DNA of 63,079 nucleotides, filler included. It is 5 parts of 5 records of this genome, joined end to end, with 100 filler letters (N's around TTAATTAATTAA, not from the genome) between each part and the next. Parts side by side here need not be neighbours in the genome. Positions count along the whole stretch, not along the records: positions 1 to 16,904 come from SRR31156797_34426; 4 more parts are not named here. The stretch is one strand, 5' to 3'. The notes below the pieces were generated by a model. That model saw only the letters and a list, made by a program, of their open reading frames with translations. It searched no databases and had not been told where the DNA came from. Shown one piece after another: positions 1 to 9,058 of this stretch. Each line of letters begins with the position of its first letter. Position 1 is the first letter of the stretch. A program made the position numbers and the translations under genes.

Positions 1-348
1 CCTTCCGGCGAACACTCCGGCAAGGGTGAGAGTAAGATTTGCAAGTACATTGGAACCTGCCTCTATCAGTGGCATCTGGAACGTCTGTACCGTGAATGTG
101 GAAAAAGTAGTAAGTGAACCAAGAAATCCAATACCGAAGAACATCCTCATTCTGGGGGAAACGTAGCCCAGGTATTCAGAGTTGTACATCAGAAAACCAA
201 GCAGGATGCTGCCGAGGACGTTGACCACGAGTGTCCCGGGTGCAGGTTCAAACTGGCCTGCTATCAGGTATCTTGAAATTGCCCCGCAGAATCCTCCTGC
301 TCCTATGGTAAAGAGTTCAAGGGTCCGGTCTTTAAGTTCATCATTCAA
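1..348 (-). CDS. crcB: Fluoride efflux channel CrcB/FluC (3' end cut by window edge; not in the ORF track)
   Basis: Manual minus-strand translation from TTG 348 gives ...GAGGFCGAISRY...GTLVVNVLGS...GIGFLGSLTTFSTF, the typical Fluc motifs; start overlaps the moeA stop. Confidence 0.9.
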   Translation of the reverse strand, partial: MNDELKDRTLELFTIGAGGFCGAISRYLIAGQFEPAPGTLVVNVLGSILLGFLMYNSEYLGYVSPRMRMFFGIGFLGSLTTFSTFTVQTFQMPLIEAGSNVLANLTLTLAGVFAGR

Positions 349-1525
349 TCAAAACAACGTCCACTTCGCTTCCTTCTTCGTATCCTTCAACATTCTCCGG
401 GATTATGACAAATCCATGGGATTTTGCAATGGAGCTTAAAATTCCGGCACCTGCTGTCATTAACGGATGGGCGATATCTCCTTCAAGGATAATTCTTGCA
501 TAGCTGACATATCCTTCTCTTGACATTATTTTTCCGCTTAGCGTTGCTTTGATACTTCTGTCCGGCAGGTCCGGAATGCTACCGGCTTTTTTAAGCGCAG
601 GCTTGCCGAATGCAAACAAAGCAACAAGACCCGCTGCAGGGTATCCTGGCATGCATAGAATAGGGACATCGTCAGCAACTCCAAGAGCAGTTGGCTTTCC
701 GGGGCTCAATCCAACTCCGTGGACCAGTTTCTTTCCGAGTTTTTCAACAACATCTGGGACGTAATCCTTATCTCCCACTGAAGTCCCGCCGGATACTATT
801 ATCATATCTGCATCAAGATTTCCCCGGATTGCTTCCTTTATGAGTTCTTTATCCTCGTGAACGATGTCACAACAGCGTGCAATTCCACCCCATTTTTCGA
901 CATAATCTGCGATCATGAGGCTGTTGATATCCAGTGTTTTGCCAGGTGGAGGAACGTCATCTCCGGGTAGTGGAAGCAGATCATTGCCTGTGGGTATTAC
1001 GGCAACGATGGGTTTTGCGTATACCTTTACATCACTTATTCCAAGGGAAGCAAGGACTGCAATATCACAGGGCCTAAAAAGATGTCCTTTGTTGAAAATA
1101 ATCTCATTCTTCCTGACATCCTCGCCAATCTCACCCACGTTCTTTCCAGGATGCAGTTGTGCACGGATTTCGATCATGTCTCCTATGGCGATTGTATCTT
1201 CCATCATAAGCACTGCGTCGGCTTCATCAGGGACGTAATCACCTGTGTTCACCGGGGCACATGTACCTTCCATGATATCATCCGCTATCTGCAACATCAC
1301 AGGGTTTGTAGGTGATGCTCCTATGAGGTCTGCAGATCTTACCGCAAATCCGTCCATTGCAGAACGGCGATAATGGGGAACATTGCGGGGTGCAAGTACG
1401 CTGGTTGCGAGTACTCTTCCAATGGCTGATGTTACAGGAATCATTTCTGTCCTGTCCATGCCCTTTATTTCAGATAGGAAGGTCTCTTTTGCCTCTCCGA
1501 CATCAGTACGTTCTCTGAACAACAT
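341..1525 (-). CDS. moeA: Molybdopterin molybdenumtransferase MoeA
   Basis: SAMDGFAV, SGGTSVG-D and PGKPT/PGYP motifs; 394 aa. Confidence 0.93.
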   Translation of the reverse strand: MLFRERTDVGEAKETFLSEIKGMDRTEMIPVTSAIGRVLATSVLAPRNVPHYRRSAMDGFAVRSADLIGASPTNPVMLQIADDIMEGTCAPVNTGDYVPDEADAVLMMEDTIAIGDMIEIRAQLHPGKNVGEIGEDVRKNEIIFNKGHLFRPCDIAVLASLGISDVKVYAKPIVAVIPTGNDLLPLPGDDVPPPGKTLDINSLMIADYVEKWGGIARCCDIVHEDKELIKEAIRGNLDADMIIVSGGTSVGDKDYVPDVVEKLGKKLVHGVGLSPGKPTALGVADDVPILCMPGYPAAGLVALFAFGKPALKKAGSIPDLPDRSIKATLSGKIMSREGYVSYARIILEGDIAHPLMTAGAGILSSIAKSHGFVIIPENVEGYEEGSEVDVVLIE

Positions 1526-1550
1526 CGCTCCTTCTCCATTCTCCTCTTAC

Positions 1551-1838
1551 TTATCCGCCAGATACGGGAGGGAATATTCCCATTTCATCGTTGTCGTTGA
1601 GGGCAGTTTCCAGTCCTTCCATATGCTTGATGTTGTTCCCGTTGAGAAATACATTGATGTAACCGCAAAGTTTCAGCTCATCGCCTGATTCGGATTCAAA
1701 TATTAGTTCCTCAAGTGCTGGATACTGTTCTGTAATTGAAAGGAGTACGTCCTTTACAGTATCGCCTGTAATTGATAATGAAGAAGTTTGTGCGATCTCT
1801 CTCAGGTTCGCAAAGAGTTTCACAGTAACGTTTGTCAT
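1551..1838 (-). CDS. MoaD/ThiS-family ubiquitin-like sulfur carrier (SAMP-like)
   Basis: VKLFANLRE start and C-terminal FPPVSGG; next to moeA; alternative GTG start at 1853. Confidence 0.9.
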   Translation of the reverse strand: MTNVTVKLFANLREIAQTSSLSITGDTVKDVLLSITEQYPALEELIFESESGDELKLCGYINVFLNGNNIKHMEGLETALNDNDEMGIFPPVSGG

Positions 1839-1940
1839 GGGGACAGTATTCACAACGTATATGTTATAAAATTAATCCATGCCATAATAGAAAATCAACT
1901 AAGAATCACAGGATAATTATAGATATTTGTAAAAAGATTC

Positions 1941-2018
1941 TGGTGGGATAGCGCGGATTTGAACCGCAGTCCAAGCGTCCCAAACGCTCGAGGATGGACC
2001 AAGCTACCCTACTATCCC
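1941..2018 (-). tRNA. tRNA-Pro(UGG) with encoded CCA
   Basis: Reverse complement GGGATAG...GAGCG-TTTGGGA-CGCTT...GGTTCAAATCC...CTATCCCACCA folds as a cloverleaf with anticodon TGG. Confidence 0.95.
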
Positions 2019-2195
2019 AATCAGATTCAGAAGGGTAGCTCTTGCAATAACAATTATTGTATAAAAAGATTTCGCAGGAGGTGGTTTTTAGTACATAAAT
2101 GGATCGAAATATACCACTGGACAGGCGTAAAAATTCAGAGAATACGGGGAATATGGTGGAAAATCAAGACTTCAAAGGACAAATTCAGGTTTTTC

Positions 2196-2969
2196 TCACT
2201 GGTCACCTGCCCTGTCAAAGGCCCAACTGCCAATTCCCATCATTGTCAGGGCAAATGCAGTGATGACTGTCAGGGACAGTGCAATAGGCACGTCCGAAGC
2301 ATCCAGCAGCATCCATCTCAGGGCTTCAACGCCATAGGTCAGGGGATTAAGGCGCACCACTATGCTCAGCCAACCTGGAAGATTCTCCATTGGGTAGAAT
2401 GCGGTACTTGTCATGATGGTAGGAAAAGTGAAGAAGGTCATCATCATCTGGAACCCTTCATGGGATTCTATCCTTGACGCAAGGGTTATTCCAAGCCCGA
2501 TAAACCCCAGTCCCATTAGGAACATTATGGGGATGCAGAGGAGTTCTCTCCATATGGACACATATTCTATACCAATTGCTCCGCTGATTATCATTAACAA
2601 GGTTCCCTGTACCATGGCAGTGGAAACTCCTCCTGCAGCTTTTCCAAAGGCTGTGTAGAACCTGTTGACCGGAGCCACAAGGATCTCTTTTAGAAAACCA
2701 AATTCCCTGTCCCATATTATTGAGATTCCTCCCATAAGTGAAGCAAAGAGGATTGACATACCGATTATGCCGGGAGCCATGTAGTCAATATATCTCCCGT
2801 TACGCATGGTCATTGTGCTACCAAGGGCAGAGCCCATAATTACCAGGAAAAAGAGGGGTGTTGCAATGGAACCTATTATTCTTGAACGCGAACGTCTGTA
2901 GCGTATCATTTCCCTGAGCCACAGGGTGTAAACTGTGTTCAGGCTGAATCTGATCCTGGACAGGCTCAT
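2196..2969 (-). CDS. ABC-2 type transporter permease
   Basis: Hydrophobic protein with DREFGFLKEILVAPV and NPLTYGVEALR motifs; ATG 2969 directly after the ubiX stop. Confidence 0.9.
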   Translation of the reverse strand: MSLSRIRFSLNTVYTLWLREMIRYRRSRSRIIGSIATPLFFLVIMGSALGSTMTMRNGRYIDYMAPGIIGMSILFASLMGGISIIWDREFGFLKEILVAPVNRFYTAFGKAAGGVSTAMVQGTLLMIISGAIGIEYVSIWRELLCIPIMFLMGLGFIGLGITLASRIESHEGFQMMMTFFTFPTIMTSTAFYPMENLPGWLSIVVRLNPLTYGVEALRWMLLDASDVPIALSLTVITAFALTMMGIGSWAFDRAGDQ

Positions 2970-2970
2970 A

Positions 2971-3525
2971 TCACTCCCAGCGCTTATACACGTCGTTATC
3001 AATGCCTACCAGGTCAAGGGCACGCCCTGCCATGGAATTCACGAGGTCATCTATGGTCTGCGGTCTTGAGTAGAATCCCGGGCATGCAGGAAGTATTATT
3101 GCACCGGCCCTTTCGACCCTGAGCATGTTCTCCAGGTGTATCTGGCTCAGGGGTGTCTCACGTGGCATAAGGACGAGTTTCCTTCTTTCTTTCATGCATA
3201 CATCAGCAACCCGGCCAAGCAGATTGTCTGACATGCCACCTGCAATTTCTCCCAGGGTTTTCATGCTGCATGGTGCAACTATCATTGCTTCAAATCTGTG
3301 TGAACCGCTTGCTATAGGGGCTGTAAAGTCACTTTCATCGTGGACTGCATCTGCAAGTCCCTCGACATAACTGATTTCATAATCCGTTTCTATATCTATT
3401 ATCTGCTTTGCAGCCTTTGTTATGACCAGGTGGGTAATAATGTCTGTTTTTGAAAGTATCTCCAGCAACCTGATTCCATATGCAGAGCCGGATGCTCCGC
3501 TTATTCCTATTACTATTTCCATCAA
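2971..3525 (-). CDS. ubiX: Flavin prenyltransferase UbiX
   Basis: GISGASG, ASGS, APCSMKTL, RETPL and PGFY motifs. Confidence 0.95.
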   Translation of the reverse strand: MMEIVIGISGASGSAYGIRLLEILSKTDIITHLVITKAAKQIIDIETDYEISYVEGLADAVHDESDFTAPIASGSHRFEAMIVAPCSMKTLGEIAGGMSDNLLGRVADVCMKERRKLVLMPRETPLSQIHLENMLRVERAGAIILPACPGFYSRPQTIDDLVNSMAGRALDLVGIDNDVYKRWE

Positions 3526-3881
3526 TAACCCTCCTGAATTATGACCGACAGCTCACCGATCATTTCCTCTGAAACAGAGACAATTTCGTCAATTTCATCT
3601 TTAGTAATGTTGTCAAGGTGAATCCCAACGATAAATACTGATGTAGCTTTGCATGTTTCACTGATAACCTTTGCACCACTCATTGCAATTTCTGTTTCCC
3701 TGTGTCCGGGACTTGTGATAACTGAAGACGATGCCCTGTGTGATGCTTTATCATAAAATCCAACTGCTACTGCTCCTACATGTTCATCTCCGCCGGTCAG
3801 GCAGGCAATGTGGTCGTCACCAACCTTCTTCCAGTCAAGTATGAGACTTGTCCTGGCTGCAATCTTCTTAATCTGATACAT
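3522..3881 (-). CDS. LpdD-like prenylated-flavin chaperone
   Basis: GDD..LTGGDEHVG, GHRE and GIHLDNITKDEI resemble the LpdD pattern (TGG..HIG..H..GIH..IT); overlaps the ubiX start. Confidence 0.65.
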   Translation of the reverse strand: MYQIKKIAARTSLILDWKKVGDDHIACLTGGDEHVGAVAVGFYDKASHRASSSVITSPGHRETEIAMSGAKVISETCKATSVFIVGIHLDNITKDEIDEIVSVSEEMIGELSVIIQEGY

Positions 3882-3883
3882 AC

Positions 3884-5086
3884 CTATGCCTCGATTTCGG
3901 TCAGAAGGAATTGTTTTGTTGCTTTCTTCACGTCAAAGAAATTCCTGGCAGCTTTAGCCACATCTTCCCTGTATTCCTTTGGAGTGTAAACTCCCATTTT
4001 CCAGTTATCGTACTGAGCTTGTTCAAGCGTTGCAACAATATTGGATGCTTCATCCAGCCGCAACATTTTGTTATTAACCTTTACAAGTGCTTTCATTTCT
4101 GCAATATCAGGGTTTTTTGGTATGTCTATAAGTATACATTTAGGATCGATTCCCACATCATCTGCAATCTCTGCTTCAACCCGCTTGATATTTTTTCTGT
4201 GCCTGAGCGCACCTTCGCCGACCTCATCAAATCCTGCGTATAGTGCTCTCTTATAGAGTTTCCTGTTGTCCAGTCTTTGTGCAAGTTCCCCGGCATAGCC
4301 ATCATCATTGCGTATCATTTCAAATACTCTGGAATCTGTCATTTTGCGAAGCTCGAAAGGATCTAATGCATCCTTCTGGATAAGGTCATCCACAGCTCTT
4401 ACAAACATGGTTTCTGCTATCCTTGAAACATGATGATAGTAAACGGAAGGATGCATCAAAAACCTTGATACAAGAAGGGATTCGGCAGCTTTCACACCAC
4501 CTGCAGTGACAACCAGCTTGTTCTCATAGAACTTCATTTCGTTGATAAGTCTGACATGGTCGACAATACCGAATGCTACCCCTGTGTAATGGGCATCTCT
4601 TACCAGGTAATCCATCCTGTCAACATCGATTTCACTATTGAGTATCTTCCCTATATCTGTTTTCCCCTGTATGTGATTCTCAATGCGTACCGGATTCAGG
4701 CCATGTTCGCTGAGCACGTCTCCAAGTTCACCCTTTTTCAATAACTCTTTGACATCCTCATGGCTCTGTCTGGTGTAGTGCCTGGTAAGACCCTCGGTTA
4801 CATGCGAAAAGGGCCCATGTCCTACGTCGTGGAGAAGAGCTGCAACCCTTAATTCATCCTTTTCATCAGCCGAAACCGAGTCTATTTTCTCTGTGAGCAT
4901 TGTTGCAAGATGCATAACGCCAAGGGAATGTTCAAAACGTGAATGATTTGCTCCGGGGTACACAAGGTTTGAAAGGCCCAGCTGGCTAATTCTCCTTAAA
5001 CGCTGTACCTGGGGGGAATCTATGATTGATAATGTGAGTGTGTCAAGTTCGATATAACCATGAACCGGATCACGGATGACTTTCAT
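3884..5086 (-). CDS. HD-domain phosphohydrolase (dNTPase/SAMHD1-like)
   Basis: RDPVHG, HSRFEHSLG, LLHDVGHGPFSH and DVDRMDYL.RD motifs. Confidence 0.9.
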   Translation of the reverse strand: MKVIRDPVHGYIELDTLTLSIIDSPQVQRLRRISQLGLSNLVYPGANHSRFEHSLGVMHLATMLTEKIDSVSADEKDELRVAALLHDVGHGPFSHVTEGLTRHYTRQSHEDVKELLKKGELGDVLSEHGLNPVRIENHIQGKTDIGKILNSEIDVDRMDYLVRDAHYTGVAFGIVDHVRLINEMKFYENKLVVTAGGVKAAESLLVSRFLMHPSVYYHHVSRIAETMFVRAVDDLIQKDALDPFELRKMTDSRVFEMIRNDDGYAGELAQRLDNRKLYKRALYAGFDEVGEGALRHRKNIKRVEAEIADDVGIDPKCILIDIPKNPDIAEMKALVKVNNKMLRLDEASNIVATLEQAQYDNWKMGVYTPKEYREDVAKAARNFFDVKKATKQFLLTEIEA

Positions 5087-5200
5087 ATATTTTACATACG
5101 CTTCATCTTATAATAATGATATTCTGATACACAGGTAAAACGGAAATATTCAACAATTGTTTGATCTTCAACATTAAAAGAAAAAGGAATCAAAGTCCTG

Positions 5201-6133
5201 TTAATAATATGTCTGATAGGACTTTGATATTCCTTCTGCCTGGTTTTCTGAAATACCTTTTCCAAACCCGTATCCGAAATAGTAAAAGGCTTCGTTGAGT
5301 TCAAATCCGAGCACACCGGACGAAGATCCTCCATATTCGTAGATGTCGGGTTCTTCAATATTTGCCATCTCTGCAGTAATGTCTATGGCATCCTGCTCGG
5401 TTCCTGTCATGTCCACAAGTCCCACTTTTTCAGCCTGAACTCCACTGTATATCCTTCCATCAGCAAGCTGCAGGGTTTCGTTGAAAGTCATATTCCTGTT
5501 TTCGGCAACCCATGAAACAAAGTCATAGTAGCTTTCATCAACAATTGCCTGGAGCATCTCCTGTTCTTCCTCTGTCATTGGTCTTGTAGGAGATCCTATG
5601 TCTTTGAACTCTCCGCTTTTTATAGTGGTGACGTTCACACCAAGGTCATCCATTAATCCGTAATAGTGAAGGATTTCCATTCTGACACCGATATTGCCTA
5701 CAAAGGCCTGTCTTTCAGCTACAATATAGTCAGTGGATGAAGCAGCCTGGTAAGCTGCAGAAGCAGCCATTGATTCTACATATGCAACCACTAATTTATC
5801 TTCCGTGGCTTCTTTTATTGCCCTTGCAAGCCGCTCACTGGCAATGGCCTCCCCACCGGGAGAATTAATTTTGATGATTATGGCTTCTGTTCCTTCGTCT
5901 TCCGCTGCGTCCTCTATCCATTCAATATAGTCATCAACACCTGGTTCATAATTACCAAACAGGTCTTCTTCTGAGCTTTCAGAGGTGATGGTTCCATCAA
6001 GATCGATCATTGCTATGGAGCCGGAATTAATCACGTCATCCGGCAACAGTGCCAGTACTGCCACTACTGACAAAAAAATGACTACCAGCACGATACCTAA
6101 AACAATTCCTATGTTTATGTATATTTTCTTCAA
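5201..6133 (-). CDS. sppA: Signal peptide peptidase SppA (S49)
   Basis: N-terminal TM helix, INSPGG, AASAAY and KSGEFKD; TTG 6133 follows a GGAGG RBS. Confidence 0.9.
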   Translation of the reverse strand: MKKIYINIGIVLGIVLVVIFLSVVAVLALLPDDVINSGSIAMIDLDGTITSESSEEDLFGNYEPGVDDYIEWIEDAAEDEGTEAIIIKINSPGGEAIASERLARAIKEATEDKLVVAYVESMAASAAYQAASSTDYIVAERQAFVGNIGVRMEILHYYGLMDDLGVNVTTIKSGEFKDIGSPTRPMTEEEQEMLQAIVDESYYDFVSWVAENRNMTFNETLQLADGRIYSGVQAEKVGLVDMTGTEQDAIDITAEMANIEEPDIYEYGGSSSGVLGFELNEAFYYFGYGFGKGISENQAEGISKSYQTYY

Positions 6134-6348
6134 CGACCCTTCCTCCTGGACTAGACAGTGCAATGAAACATTAAGAAGCTCCACTTATAAAATATAAGGG
6201 CAAACTTAGTATCTTATGTATTATGTTGTAGTGTCATCCAAAACAGATGTGGATAGATTATAATCACGAGTAACTATATTCACTAACTACTCCACTATAT
6301 TAAATAATATATGCTTATCTTTAATTTTAATGAACTGAGTGTGAAAAC

Positions 6349-7269
6349 ATGATTATTTTTTCAGGCGGCACCGGCACCCCAAAATTATTGAATGGTCTTC
6401 GCAAAGTTTACCCGGAGGAAAAGATTACTGTAGTTGTTAACACCGCGGAGGATATATGGTTATCAGGCAACCTTATCACTCCGGATATTGACACTGTTCT
6501 CTACTTATTCTCAGGCAGACTGGACAGTTCGAGATGGTGGGGTGTAAAAGACGATACGTATCGTACCCATGAATCAATGAAGGCAGTGGGTCATAATGAA
6601 GTCATGATGCTTGGTGATATTGACCGGGCAACTCATATTATGCGTTCCGATCTTATTCGAAACGGTTCAACTTTGACTGAGGCTATAATTCAGCTTTGCA
6701 GTTATTTCGGGGTGAAAGAGAAAGTGCTACCAATGTCGGATGATCCGGTATCTTCAATAATAGAGACACTAGAGGGCAAAATGCATTTCCAGGATTTCTG
6801 GGTGGGAAAGCACGGTGAACCTGAGGTAATTAAGGTATGCCAGGAAGGTATTGAAGATGCTTCAATATCTCCTGCTGTGCTGGAGGCACTGGAGTCTGAA
6901 GATGAAGTTTTACTTGGTCCGAGCAATCCGATTACAAGCATAGGGCCGATAATTGAACTTCCGGGAATGAGGGATATACTGGCCAGGAAAAAAGTAATAT
7001 CAGTTAGTCCTATAATTGGAAATGAGGCCGTCAGCGGACCCGCAGGAAAATTAATGACCGCAAGGGGAATTGAGGTTTCATCATGTGGAGTTGCTTCATA
7101 CTATTCTGGTTTTCTGGACCATATGATTATAGATGAAAGGGACCCTGTGGATGAACAGGAATTCGAAGAATATGGTTGTAGTGTATCCAGGGCAGATACC
7201 CTTATGAAATCGGTGGATATTAGCAGCAATCTATCAGAAATTGTACTCCGGAAGTTCATGGAACTTTAA
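6349..7269 (+). CDS. cofD: 2-phospho-L-lactate transferase (F420 biosynthesis)
   Basis: SGGTGTPK, VNTAED, PDIDTVLY, HFQDFWV, GPSNPITSIGP and SGPAGKLM motifs. Confidence 0.95.
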   Translation: MIIFSGGTGTPKLLNGLRKVYPEEKITVVVNTAEDIWLSGNLITPDIDTVLYLFSGRLDSSRWWGVKDDTYRTHESMKAVGHNEVMMLGDIDRATHIMRSDLIRNGSTLTEAIIQLCSYFGVKEKVLPMSDDPVSSIIETLEGKMHFQDFWVGKHGEPEVIKVCQEGIEDASISPAVLEALESEDEVLLGPSNPITSIGPIIELPGMRDILARKKVISVSPIIGNEAVSGPAGKLMTARGIEVSSCGVASYYSGFLDHMIIDERDPVDEQEFEEYGCSVSRADTLMKSVDISSNLSEIVLRKFMEL

Positions 7270-7428
7270 AACCATACCAAAAGTTCTATTTTTTATCGTT
7301 TTTCTTTTCCCATGGTGGCCGTTGCCATTAAATATTTAAATGGGTACATTTTTATTATTTTACGGCATATATTCTTTATATTTGATTAATGGTGCACATC
7401 ATGCAAAACAGAATCTCAAGGTGAAATT

Positions 7429-7836
7429 GTGGGTGATGAATGGAAAATAGACATTGATATCCCTGATATAGGGATGATGGTTACGCTTATGACAACTGCG
7501 ATATGCTCGGTAATAATGGGCGCTGCAGAAATTGCTTACACTATGTTATGGATCACAGCCGCATATGTGAGGCACGGAAAAGATTTCTTTCTTGATCTTT
7601 TAAATGCAAAGGCTCTTACCTGGACAGCAGAATATATTCTTGTAGCAGGTTCATTGCTGCTGTTCTCATCAATACTGTTCCTTTTAAGTTCTTCATTCTG
7701 CATGTACGAGCTTAGTGCTATGTCTAAGAATCCTGAAAAGAAAGTTCACACAAAAATAGTGTTTGGTTTCTTTATCGGTGGGCTTATACTCCTGTTCTTT
7801 GCTTTGATCTCTGCAATAATTCTGAGGTATCTGTAA
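7429..7836 (+). CDS. Hypothetical membrane protein (about 3 TM)
   Basis: GTG start after AAGGTGA RBS; hydrophobic segments. Confidence 0.65.
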   Translation: MGDEWKIDIDIPDIGMMVTLMTTAICSVIMGAAEIAYTMLWITAAYVRHGKDFFLDLLNAKALTWTAEYILVAGSLLLFSSILFLLSSSFCMYELSAMSKNPEKKVHTKIVFGFFIGGLILLFFALISAIILRYL

Positions 7837-7924
7837 GAATAGTAAGTATTTGCAAAATAAACCAGGTGCAATAACGAATAACAAATGACAATAATTATGC
7901 TATTATGCTGGGAAAGGCGATAAT

Positions 7925-9046
7925 ATGAGTTCAAGTATTTCAGGGACAATAAAAGAGGTTCCAAAGGCCGTGGAAGAACCTTCTCAATATCTTGAGGAGA
8001 TTGCCCGCAAAGCCACAAAAACCGACAGGGTACTTTATCCGATAGCTGGTATCGTCGGGCAGGAAAAAATGCTCAGGGCGCTCATACTGAACACTATCAA
8101 TCCATCAATTGGTGGTGTGCTTATCAGGGGTCAGAAAGGTACGGCAAAATCAACAGCCGTAAGAGGTCTGGCAGAAATTTTGCCGGAAATAGAGATTGTA
8201 GAAGGTTGTAAGTTTAATTGCGATCCTTCCAATCCGGAGAAGTTCTGCTGGGAGTGTATGGAGAAAAAGAGAAAAGGCACACTTCATGTCATGAAGCGCC
8301 AGATGAGGGTAGTTGATCTCCCTGTAGGTGCAACTGAGGACAGGGTTGTGGGTAGTCTCGACATTGAGAAAGCTGTTCGTCAGGGTGTGCAGGCGTTTGA
8401 TCCGGGTATTCTTGCCCAGGCAAACCGTGGTCTTCTTTATGTTGATGAGATCAACCTGCTTGATGATTTCGTTGTTGATGCGCTTCTTGATGCCGCCGCC
8501 ATGAGCGTAAACACTGTTGAGCGTGAAGGTGTCAGTGTAAGCCATCCTGCTGATTTCATTATCGTAGGCAGTATGAACCCGGAAGAGGGGGAACTTCGTC
8601 CGCAGCTTCTTGACAGAATCGCGCTGCAGGTGGAAATCACCGGTATCTATGATGTTGAGCAGCGTATCGAGATCATAGAAAGAAGAAACCGTTTTAATGA
8701 TGATCCTAAACAGTTCATACGTGAATTTGAAGCTGAGCAGGAAAAACTTCGCTCTAAAATCATAAAGGCTATGCAGCTACTCCCAAGGGTAGCCACAACC
8801 AGGGAAAACCTGCGTACCATTGCTGAAATATGTATTGCTTTTAATGTGGACGGGCACCGTGCAGATATTATGATCGAACGTGCAGCCCGCACAAATGCAG
8901 CATATGAAGGCAGGGAACGTATAACCAACGATGATATTATCGAAGCCTCTGAAATGGTTCTTCCACACAGGATGCGTAAGAAGCCATTTGAAGAAGAAGA
9001 ATTCAGCGTTGACCAGCTCAGGGCTGTTGTAGATGGAAAGGTATGA
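7925..9046 (+). CDS. Chelatase subunit ChlI/BchI-like AAA+ ATPase
   Basis: GQKGTAKST Walker [18 protein letters not shown] and [15 protein letters not shown]. Confidence 0.92.
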   Translation: MSSSISGTIKEVPKAVEEPSQYLEEIARKATKTDRVLYPIAGIVGQEKMLRALILNTINPSIGGVLIRGQKGTAKSTAVRGLAEILPEIEIVEGCKFNCDPSNPEKFCWECMEKKRKGTLHVMKRQMRVVDLPVGATEDRVVGSLDIEKAVRQGVQAFDPGILAQANRGLLYVDEINLLDDFVVDALLDAAAMSVNTVEREGVSVSHPADFIIVGSMNPEEGELRPQLLDRIALQVEITGIYDVEQRIEIIERRNRFNDDPKQFIREFEAEQEKLRSKIIKAMQLLPRVATTRENLRTIAEICIAFNVDGHRADIMIERAARTNAAYEGRERITNDDIIEASEMVLPHRMRKKPFEEEEFSVDQLRAVVDGKV

Positions 9047-9058
9047 GTGAGGTGAGAG

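Noticed and set aside
1854..1940. Fluoride or Moco riboswitch upstream of the MoaD-moeA-crcB operon
   Set aside because: Short AT-rich spacer with no recognisable aptamer motif or stems
1959..2477. 172-aa plus-strand ORF
   Set aside because: It overlaps tRNA-Pro and lies antisense to the ABC permease
3879..3886. Possible pyrrolysine readthrough of the HD gene TAG into the LpdD-like gene
   Set aside because: The downstream ATG is offset by 2 nt and therefore out of frame
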